From: Pelomyxa schiedti
Lineage: Eukaryota; Protista; Evosea
DNA length: 45,960 nucleotides
Reading direction: 5' to 3'
NCBI GenBank assembly: GCA_020536535.1
Contig: JAHLWZ010000924.1
Location: 1-45,960 of the forward strand
The notes under the pieces: model-generated
The model's input: only the letters and a program-made list of their open reading frames with translations
What the model was told of the DNA's origin: nothing
Database searches by the model: none
Translations under genes and position numbers: made by a program
In this document: positions 1-10,900 of the stretch, piece by piece
Numbering within the stretch: position 1 is the first letter of the stretch
Layout of the letters: the number at the start of each line of letters is the position of its first letter

Positions 1-894
1 TAAGTGTTGGTATCAGGGACAGTAACACTAGTATTGATATTTCACCCCCCTTCAAAGAAAGAATCACACCTCCGGTGCAGTTACATAACTCCTGGAATGC
101 AATGAATCTTTGTCAGAAATATATAAAGAAAAAGAGAGGGAGGGGAAAAAAAAAAAAAAAGAAAGGAACAAATAATTAAGATAGGATATATAATTAATAG
201 AGACACCAATGGGGGCAAGGGGGGAAGACCTTGCCAGGAAAAAAAAGATAGGAAAAAGAGAGAGGATGAGGAAGAGGAAGAGGAGGAGGAGGAAATACTT
301 GAAGGGATTGAGCTGCCCCCTATCCGAAACCGCTTCACTGACCACCTTCCACATGGCGTGAGGAATCAGCCCCCCGGCGGCAGCTATTGCCTTGGCCGCG
401 CGGAAGTTCCCGGCCACGAGGGCGCAGCACAGCGGGGTGCGGCCCCCCGCGTCGCGGGCGTTGGCGTCCGCGCCCAGCTTGCCCGCCAGCAGGTCGACCA
501 CCAGCGAGCGCGGGCCCTTGGCCCAGGCCGCCGCGACGTGCAGCGCCGTCTGGCCCTCCCCGTTGGGCCGGTCCGCGTTGGCCCCGGCCCCGTGCAGCAG
601 CTCCACCGCGGCGATGTGCCCGCGGCGCGACGCCGCGTGTATGGCCGCGTCGCCCGCCGGGTCCGCGGGGTTCCCTACGTTGATGGCTCGCTTGACCTCC
701 GCAGAGGGAGAGGCAGGGGCAGAGGCAGAGACAGAGGCAGGGGAGGAGGAGGAGGAGGCGAGGCCCAGGAGGGAGGAGAGGGTCTCGACGTCGCCGCGGC
801 TGGCGGCGTCCCACAGGGCGGGGCAGAACGCGGGGGGAGGCTGTCGAGGTGTCGACGGCGGCGGAGGCGGGGCTCTTCGAGGCGTGGTGGACAT
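1..894 (-). CDS. Ankyrin-repeat protein (3' end uncertain; probably continues past the left edge)
   Basis: ATG at 894. GC-rich exon 1 encodes ankyrin motifs (ALWDAASRGDVETL, GDAAIHAASRRGHIAAVELL, GQTALHVAA, GRTPLCCALVAGN). A pyrimidine-rich intron follows, then a small exon at about 70-91 (ttccag|GAG...GAG|gtgtga). The exon-1 donor and downstream frame are ambiguous. Confidence 0.85.
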
Positions 895-1033
895 ACTTTT
901 TCTTTTTACTCTTTTTTTTTTCCCGATTTTCGCGTGAACTGGCTGTTTGTGAGCCGGGAGACTCAGGGCTTCCTCCCCTGTGCAGGCCTTCTCTGCTGTG
1001 GGAACCTAGAGCTGTGCAGTGGAAGAGTGTTTT

Positions 1034-2732
1034 ATGTTCAACATTCATAGAGTGAAGCAGGCGGAGCCCTCACCCAAGTTGGCCACAATTTTCACACCGA
1101 AATTACCAGAGATGGACGTGGAGACTTGCGTGAGGTACTTTCTGTGCGAAAACAATGCGGACAAGTACGAGCCACCAAGGAACCCCAATGTGTTCAGGCT
1201 TAAGAGAGCAGCTACCGAAGTCAACATGCACATCATTAAAAAGCGGTGTGTCTCGTGTCTGCTTTTTAGGGTCTATTCTAAAGTCTTTTCCTTTCCATTT
1301 CTGAAATTCATGACATACAAAGGCTCGAGGCACTTGGCACTTTCAAGTTCTATTTCAAGACGGTGTTGGAAGGTGATGCTCCAGAAAACTTCGTATGGGA
1401 AGAAGTCATTGACGACTACACCACTCCTCTACCAATGCACAACAATTGCATATTCGTGAAAGCTCTGAGGATCGAAGACCGGTTCAAGGGCGGCGCCCGG
1501 CAGCAGCCTGGTTTCTCGGCGTCGTCTTCATCATCGGCACCTTCTTCTTCGTCGTCGTTGGATGGTGTCAAACTTCCTACCTGCTCTGGGGCTACCTCTT
1601 CCTCGCAGGCTCTAAGTTCTTCTTCGAATTCCACTACGCCAAACGCCGGGGCTTCCAGAGATCAGAGACGACATGATGTTAGGTCCAGGAGTTCTTCTGT
1701 CACTTTGAACGGTATGCATGAAACTTGCTGAGAATGGAGTTATACTATAGTCTCAGCCTAATTTAATTCAAAATGGTTTTGCAGAATCGGAAGTTAAGGT
1801 GCTCGAGCAGCTTGAGAAGACGACTCACTGTATTTTCCCTCTCCCTGTGATTTTATTTCTCTTCTCCCTGTTTTCCTCCGATATATTCTCCCTCAGTGTT
1901 TTGTCTCAGTCTCTTCGAAAGAACTCAGGTCTATGTATTCAAAATTTAAAAAGGAAGCTCCAACACTTAGTATGAAGTCGTTCTTTACTCTACTTGATTG
2001 TTATCCAACTTTTGTCTTTCAAAGGTATCGACCGTGGTGGTTTTGCTATTGTCACAGAAGGAATGGGAATTACTGTTTGTAATCCCTTTGTAAAATTCCC
2101 CTCACATTTTCTCAGGAAAAAGTTTTGCAAGAAGCTTTCTTCAATAAGGTATTTCTCTTAATTTTCCAAAATACTCCTCACCCATAAAAATAAGTTTGAT
2201 ACAGATAGAAGGTAATGTGCTCTTCATTTCTCAACTCATAGTGGCCCAGCGGTTTTATCGATTTCCCCGAATTTGTTAACGGTATGAGTATAATGACAAG
2301 AGGTACCCCTGAGGAGAAGCTGGAAGGTTGCAATATTTCCTTTGTTTTTCCCCTCACCATTTTCTTCTATCCAGCTGCCTTCCGACTTTATGACCTTGAT
2401 GGTAACTTCCTCCAAAAACAAATAACAGAACTATGAATGACCAGGCTTCTTGTAAAAGGGAATGGGATCATGACCAGAGAAGCTTTTCTTAAGATTATGG
2501 AGTCATTCAAACAACTCAGGGGTGGAGAAGTTGTTGTTCGAGGAACTACCTACACTGATGTCACTGCCCTGTGTAACCAACTCTTTGACGATGTAATTCA
2601 CTGACTATGTGATTAATTTTTAACACCCTGCTCCAGATTGATGCAGACGGAAGCGGGGGAGTTGATCTCAAAAAGTACACCGCCAATGCATTAAAGCATA
2701 TGGACGTTTTGGCAAGCTTTGGTGTGATTTAA
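1034..2732 (+). CDS. DIX-like domain fused to an NCS-1/frequenin/calcineurin-B-like EF-hand protein (multi-exon; start at ATG 1034 or 1112)
   Basis: Intron 1246-1322 joins ...[11 protein letters not shown]...IIKKR to [17 protein letters not shown]...[25 protein letters not shown] (DIX pattern). After a Ser-rich linker, short GT-AG introns give [28 protein letters not shown]...[58 protein letters not shown]...[14 protein letters not shown]...FGVI, stop TAA 2730-2732. Confidence 0.85.
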
Positions 2733-2811
2733 AATAAAACAAAAACTTTAGTTTGTTATGGCTCGATTGGTTTACAATGCACCCTATTACATTTATGAGT
2801 AATTGATTGCA

Positions 2812-4836
2812 TCAGAAGAGACCCGCTGATACACCAGACTCACAACCACATTCATCAGCACCACGCAGCATTTTAAATAGGCCATTTTCACCCCAGGTGT
2901 CTCCCATACTGTTTGGTATGAATGGAAAAGGAAAACGAGAAAAAGGTTATGGAAAAGGCAAACCTATTGACCATAAGCCAATAGGGCAGGTCATTTTCAA
3001 CTCCCCATCCAACTATCATCACAGCATGACCACCAACATCTTGTGAGGGAGAAAACAAAGAATTACTTACGACTGCTAAGGATTCTATTCACATACATGA
3101 GCCCCAGCGGTGCATGTAAACTCCGGAGCTGTAATAAAACCAATCCATGTAAAGGTTGAAGATTGAAATGACTGGCCCATTTTGCAGTATTTCTTCCTTA
3201 GTTCAGTGTTGGTACAAGAGAAGGACAAGGAATGAATACTTGAATGCTCTCTGGCGATGCATCAACAGCGTACGCAGAAGCAAATTGGTAAAATGGAATG
3301 ACAGAGCCATCCTCACAAGTTGCCTGGCAAGCTGTGGGGAATCCGGATTGTGTTGACGCACTTTTTTTGGTCATTTGATTCTCTGAATTAAGGAAAAGGA
3401 AAACCACATACTCATAGGGTAGGCAGGAGTCGAGTGTGTAACCTCTGTCAACCCCAAAGACTGTAGGGGAGTCAAATGCACCACCCCCACAGCCCCAGTC
3501 ATCTCAAAAATGGTAAGGAAAAAGTACATGCAATCCTTCACTTACAGTAGTCACATGAAACAAGGTGCTGCACAGAAAATCGTGAAGTAAAGCTGGCATT
3601 GCTGGAAATACACTTCCGCGCTTCAGCAACTTCCACTGCGGCGTGTGCCCAACAGTCGCCACAGGATGCCTTAAATCTTGTGAGTGGGGAAAAGATAATT
3701 ATGGAGAAACCTGGTTCCTTATTGACCAATTGCAGTCAGGCCACTCGTCTCTGGCATCAAAAGAGACAGGGATTACTTGGGAAGATTTATGTTGAACTTT
3801 GCCCTTCTGAGGTGCATGATATGGCAAAGGAAACATATTGAAAAGCTCCCCAGGAGACAGCCGAGAATAGTGCTGTGATAAGGGGGAGATAGAGGAACGC
3901 CATGGTGCTAGTTGCTCGGCAATAAGAGAAGGATACAGTGGTGTTCTCTGTGGAGTTGGCGGAAGAGGAAGGATTTTTTGTGCAAGTGGAGAGAGACGGT
4001 GATTGATCCACAAGTTAAGGAATTCTTTGGCATGTTCACTTTCAGCAGGCAAGCAATTACTTGGAGGAGTGAAATATGACGGTGCCACACCTGGTTGACT
4101 GTGAGTGTGCTTGGGATTGGTTGTTTGCGAAGCGGAATCACCATGAACGTAAGAATAACACTCTTCAATAAGATACTCTGAGGAATCAGTAAATGTCAAT
4201 GCCAAGTGGACAGGCGCATATGGGAACGAAATCATGCTGTAAAGGTCCGTGATAGTTGTATCAGTAGTTTCTCTGAAGATGTTGCACGGAACACCTGTAT
4301 ACAAACCGTATTATAAGTACATCTCCCAAAGACAACGTGGAGATATCGCATACCATTATAGACGATATCACCCACATACTTATAGGTGCTGAAGTTTGAT
4401 GGTGGGATTACAATGTCAGCAGAAACTTCCCAGCACAGTTCACTTCCGAAAAACCCAAAGATGAAATAGTATTTCCCCTGAAGAGAGTGGCATTGCCCAA
4501 AACATCACCTCGTTAACCCAAAACAAAAAAAAAAAAGGGGAAGAAACATGTGTTGAATCGGCGATGGTGCGCATCACATCCAGCCCTTTGTACTGGTCCA
4601 CAGTCATTACACCCTCATCCATATCAACAAACATATTCTCTTGTTCCCAATAATCCACGTGGTACCGGGGCTCTCTAGGGGAAGGGTAGTTGATGGTACA
4701 AACGTGGGTTCAGGTACTGCAATGCCGTTGTCAAGTGATACTGAGCTGGGAAAACCGGAGGGGAAGGCTCCGCCCCACATAAACCAACCGCGGCACACAC
4801 GCACACAACCAGAACACCAACCGAGTTCCGTTTCAT
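2812..4836 (-). CDS. Secreted papain-family (C1A) cathepsin B-like cysteine protease with a long N-terminal extension
   Basis: ATG 4836 starts the signal peptide [23 protein letters not shown] 43-nt intron restores the frame into [11 protein letters not shown]. Mature domain: [10 protein letters not shown]...[12 protein letters not shown] (catalytic Cys), [13 protein letters not shown] (His), [16 protein letters not shown] (Asn), [13 protein letters not shown], stop TGA 2814-2812. Confidence 0.9.
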
Positions 4837-4950
4837 GTTTTCGTAAAGAGAGAGAGAAAAAAAAGAACATCTTGTTACATGAGGTATTTAAAACCCAAAT
4901 CGGGAAGATGGGTTGTTGCACACAACCAAAGGGCTGTCCCGAAGAGTGAG

Positions 4951-7900
4951 TTAGCCACAGAGGACCCAGATTGAAAGGTTCTTGACTTTAAGCATGTGAC
5001 CTCCCCCTCCCCCAACCACACCATACAGTTGCAAGCTCCGAGACGCGGCTTGTTGGAATTTCCTTGTGTATGTGAATGTGGCCCATTCGTGATCAAGAAC
5101 TTTCGGGTGGGCCTGAACCATTGTTGTGACGTCGTTGTCGGAGACTAACTTGAGAAGTACACGGCTTTTCTGGTTGCCCCATCCTTGGTCCGTGGCACTG
5201 AAGCGCATAAAGATACTCAGAATGTGCAGTCCTGGCTTTGAAATGGGATCTGAGAGGGGCACAGGTGTGTCGGTCCTTGTATTGTTTTCCAAAGAAGAGA
5301 GATGTAGAACCTGTTGGAGGGTCTCGGCACTGTGTAGTGGATAATCAGCATTGCTGGAACCCTCAGAGTGTAGCCGAAGAATCACTTGGCTTCCGCTCTT
5401 TCCTTTGGCCTTGAATGTAACAAGTACTTTGCCCCCAAAAACATTCAAAGGCCTGGTTACAGATCCAATAATACCTTGGGTGCCTCCACCAAGGTGCACA
5501 GTGGGAACATGGAGAACAAGAGGGATCCAGCACACCCACGCGCAGAGGTCTGATACACACAACTTTCTGGACTTCGCGTCACAAATACCAAAGACCTGAA
5601 TATCACCAGCAAGTCTGGGAAGTGTCAGGCCAAAAGTGCCAGCTTTCGCTTCCCATTTTAACAAGGGGCTGTCACCAACGCGGAGGAGTACCAGACTGTC
5701 ACCCTCTGCGTGAAATTTCAGCAGTACACTAGAAGCAACACACCCTGGTTTGGAGAGAGAGTCAGTGAGTGGCACTGGTTTACCACTTGATGCATCCCCA
5801 ACACTTGGGTGTGTAATTCTGCTGGCAAGGTCCAGAGTTTCTGCTACCAGAGAAAAGTCTTCAACTACCAGTGGGTGGCCACCTCCGGCCCCAAGCAGCT
5901 GCATTGATTTGCCAAAACCGACATCCAGGAAAGCATTGTACACCTGCCATCCGTGTTCCGGAGTTCCACTGGATTCATTTAGCTTGGTGTCAAGGTGCGA
6001 CGATTTCCCAGCATCGCCAGACCAGATGCGCAAGTAAATGCTCCCTTGGCAGCTTGCTGAGGCTTGCTCTTTGATACGGAAGGAAGTGCTAATCCGACCA
6101 CCAAGTAGATGGCCAGGCTTGAAGACAGCTGGAATGCCAGGCGAGTCTCGCAGGTAGTATCCATTGTCAGGGAGCTAACAACAAAGTCTGGGTCCAACCT
6201 CTTGGTTTTGTTAATTCGTGTGGATTCATTAGGTAACACTAGTTCCGGAGCCTGTTTTGCAGGGGTTTCAACATGTTTGGCGGGAGCCTTGGGGGGGCAC
6301 TCTCTCAAAACAAGTAACTGTCGAGGAAGACAAGGAAGGACTTGATGGCAGAGAAGCCTTCATGTAGAATGTTGAAAAGAAGAGAAAACAAGGAATCTTA
6401 CATGAGATACTACAGCAGAAGGGTGCTCTCGCTCTCTCTTGAATATAGCAGTAAAGTTATTCCAGAGGTATTTGAAAAAATCGGCAAAGAACGCTGTGAT
6501 TTCCTGTACTAAGAACGGGAGAAATGACAATGTGAAGACCAAAGAAATGTACTAACAGTTGATCCGAAAGTCAAATTCAAAGTCTTGATGAAAGAGACTT
6601 CCAACTATGTGAGTAGAAAAAGTAGTGTCCTTGAGACTCGAGGAGTTCAGATTAAGATGGAAGCACAGCTTTCTAATTTGTAACCAGTTGCTAGGATTTA
6701 GGGAATCAAAGAAAGTTGCATATTGTTCCAGTCCGTCAAGTGCCCTCTGTGCACGCAGCAGATTTGCACGTGCCAGTAGAAGGTGGTCTGTAAGATCACC
6801 TGAAAGAAGAGCATCGAAAGCAACTATCGCTTGGTTTCGGCTCTTCTCTCTTTCTGCATACAAGACATCAAGAACTGACTTGGCCAGTTCAAGGTGTTCA
6901 CGTGAGAGTTGCACCAAGGTGAGAGCTTCATCATCAGTCACAGTACTGGACGACTGAGCAGCTCCTTGGTGCGGGCCTGCTGCCATTAATGAGGTAAGAG
7001 TTTGTATGGCCTTGGAGAATCCTTCACTTTGTGGCTTTTCAGTAACCAATTCAAAGGGATCCAAGTTCTGCACTAAACCAAGAAGCACATTGAAATTTAA
7101 GTCCCCACTTAAAAAGATTGTCGTCAATTCCTTGACGCCAGGAATGGAGAAGGCACCAGATACTGCCGCATCAATGAAATTAACAACAGAGTAATAAAGA
7201 GGGCCGCAGAGAGACTGAAGCTCTTGTATAAGTGCTGTGGTTTTGCAGGAATTGCAAACCAGACAGTTCAGTGCCTGGCTGAGCTTTGGTACGGAAGCAA
7301 GCTTCGCTAAGAGTGTGCCAACAAGGTTGGTATAACTCTTCGCTAGGGTGATAATTTTCTTAAGGTACTGTGAACTTGAAAGGCGCAGTAGAGTTTCTTT
7401 GAAACGCATCACAACTACCGCAAGGTGAGGTATATTCTTTCTCTGCAAAGAATGAAGAAGCTCTCCTGTTATTCCGAGGAAAGCCTTAACATGAACATCG
7501 TTGAGTACTTGTGAAAAATTATTGAGGGCAGAATCCTTCAACTTAACAACAAACTGGGACAGTATTAAATCAAGGTTCCGTAAGTCTAAGTGAAGGGTGG
7601 AGTAACAATTGCTAAGCTGTTTTCTAACCACATCTTGCAAATTCAATAATGTCTCTTTTGCTGCAGTCAGATTCTCTGTTGCGGACTTCACTGCAAAGTC
7701 ACGTTTCTGCTGAAGGTCATTCATGGCTTCCCTAAGTTTCTAACATAAAAGTTAGGGCAATCTTATACTGTCATTTTTTTTCGAATGCATACAGTATTTT
7801 CAGCTTCTAACGCATACTTTGCCTGTATTTCCTCTTGCTCAGCTTTATTAAGTGCCTCTTGTGCTCGGCTCCTGTACACTCGGTAGGGAATAACAACTGC

Positions 7901-10900
7901 CAGCCCAATGACCAAGCCACCTAGCCAAGCAATATTTGCTAATTTGAAATCGCTTTCTGCCTTTTCTAGGTCCCTTTTGGCAGCACTCACCGAATTTTGT
8001 GATTTCTTTTTTCAGCAATTGGTAAAGAAAATAAAACAATAAAAAAAGGACATTGGGAGCCTCACCTCAAGCTCGTATTGTAGGTTTTTAATGGCACTTT
8101 GTGCCTTCTCAGAAAGATCTTGTATGTTTGCATCCCACTTTGCTTTTATATTCTGCAGAGATTGAGTAGTCATATCAATCCGTTCTGTAACACCAAAGAT
8201 TTCCTGCGAAAGTGTCTCTTTCCCAAGCAATGCCTCTATATACTCACAGTTCTGCTCAAGGGTGTCAATTTCATCAGAACGCTGCTTAACTTGAAGCATA
8301 AATTCCTCTTCTGCTTTGATGAAGGTGTCCCGGCTGACAGCTATACTTGCATTAAACTTCTCCTGTGCTGACCTGAGCATCTCTTCAGCTTGACCAACAT
8401 TCATTAAAGCAGAATGAGCTGCATCTTTGGCAAAAGAGAGTGTCCCTTTCCTGATTTCAGATGTATCCTTAAAAGAGCCGTCAAGGCTAATTGCAATCCC
8501 TGAGGTATCTTTGCAACCTGAAAGATGTCCTGAAAGTTCCAATTCATAAGGTCCCACCTTCAGGGTGCCTTCAAGGTCTACCCCAGAAGCATCGAGCTTG
8601 AGAAATACACCCAAGCTGAAAATTTGGCCAATGTCAATGGCTCCATCAAGTAGAACCTCTGGCGCACTACCTGTCTTTACCGCAAGGCGGAACTGGGGAT
8701 TTGCCTTACATTTTCCATGGACTGAGACTGGGCCAGCTTGAAGTTGTCCACACTACCCTCCACACAACACCCAGTCTTTTGGAGTGTGGCAAGAACCTGT
8801 ACCTTCTTTGAGAGAACGGTTGCTTTGCAGCAGAAAGAGAAGCCAGGGTCAAACTTGCGTGTTCCTATTGTCCCACCAGAGGGCCCTGCGAGGCACAGTG
8901 ATAGCTCCTCAAAGTACAGGACATCGGGTGGAATCCTTACAAGGGCTTCAGGAAGACGAATGCCAGTGAGGCAGCTGATATCGGTAAAGAGATCTGCAAG
9001 AGAAAGGTTTTGTATACTGCCTTGCATAATAACTTCGTCAGGTATTGGGCTGAGCTTGAGTGCCATGCTCCCCTTGAAGTTTCCAAGTTCAAATTCCCCA
9101 GCAATTCCCACTACAGGAAGCTGAGGGGAAGCATATACTACCCCCAACTCAGCAGCAAGACGGCCGACAGAGAGGTTTTCCACACCAAATGGGTTTTTCC
9201 ATTTAGACTCCATCGTTAGAGACCCTTTGAATTCCTTCAAAGATACAGCTATCTGGGCAACGAACTTCAACTCTTGGTAGTTCACACCAGTTCCAACATT
9301 AGCATAAACATCAAAGTTTAGCCTAAGTTCAAACTTAGTGTCAATAACTACATGCAATGATTTGCAGCAAAGCCCACTACCAAGTTTTATGTTGAGATCG
9401 TTGGTTGGTGTGAGCTCAATGACACCAGCAGAAGCAGAATAGGACAATCTGAGGTTTCCCGCTCCATTTTCATTCCCAAGCTTACTGACAGCTGAGTCCA
9501 GGGCATCTATGCGAGAGAGATCCCCAAACATGGAGAGCCCTGGACCAACAAGGTTACAAGGGTAGCCGGTCGGTAGAAGATCGGTATCAGGGACAGGTGC
9601 TGATGCCCACGATGCTCCAAAGTGTTCACATTCCACAGGGAGTATAGGGCACAGCTTCCTTAGTGAGAAGTGTTGCACATCTGCACACACAACATAGGCT
9701 GGCTTCCCACCTGAAACAAAGCGGGCAGCAGTAACATCAAATGTAATTCCATAAAGTTCCGCCGTGCCAGTGATCATACATTGGACGGGTTTACTAGTAT
9801 GGACAGAGAGAACCAAATGAGCCGCTTTTATAACCACTGCCCCATCACCGATGCTGAAATCCCCCTTAAAGCTGCAATCTAAGTCCAGGCCTTCAGGTGT
9901 TAACTTCACAAAGCCTTCGACGATATACTTTGTGTCATACACACAGACAACCCTCAAGCTTGCTCCCTTCTTCACAGGAATACCTCTGCCAATGTTTCCA
10001 TCAGCTGAAGATAGGCTTACGGTGATATCTTTAAATTGCAAGAGTTCTCCATGTGAGGAAGAGTTGGGAAGGTAGGTTTGTTTGAACAGGGCACGGAACA
10101 TGGCTATCACATCTGCCCAAGTGAAGTCTTGCACTGAGGCGACGACCCCTGATATGGAGGAGCTGAGAGTTCCATCAAGCCGCAAGTGGAATTGATTGGC
10201 TTCAGCTCCATGTTCGAAACTTACTGTCGCCCACAGTGAAAGGGTGGCAGTTTTCCAGCCCCCCTCTTGCACTGAGAAGTTTATTCCTGTTGATCCCAGT
10301 GAAAGTCCTGGTATCCCCAGTGCATTGATCCATCTGTCAATTACTGCATTGACTGTGGTACATCTACTGGAGAAGTCAAATGATAAGTAGGCACGCAGCT
10401 TGAGCTCCAAGTCGCCACTAAAATTGATTCTCATTGCTCCACGCAGTTGAATTCCCCAGCTTGTGCCACTGAAGCCAGTTGTCATGTGGTAACAGGGAAT
10501 CAGATAGACATCAACTGCAATCTGGTCCAGTGCCAAACTGAAGTTGGCCCTTGAAACTAGCACTGTACTCTCGCTTGTTCGAGCAGTAAGTACAAGGTAA
10601 TCTAACCTTGATTCCCCTTTGCAAGGGAAGCGGGCTTCGAAGCGCAGCTGTGACCTCAATTCGACTCCAGGTACAAGGGCCATAATGGAGGCTACTGTCG
10701 AACTATCAAGAGTACTTCCAAGGTTAACCACAAACTCGTCACCGACTTGTACAAATGCCAACTTGGATACAACGCTGGACATGAGTATTCCTATCACAGA
10801 GTCTGTAAGACCACTTTTTGCAATGTGGTTAACAACATCTATGTAATTAATGGTTTCAGGTGCAGGACTGTTGTCTGCTACCGAGCTGGGATGAGGCGAG

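Noticed and set aside
335-1055. Several long overlapping ORFs (335-1048, 358-1050, 392-937)
   Set aside because: Shadow ORFs of the GC-rich ankyrin exon. They are Arg/Gly/Pro-rich and show no motifs.
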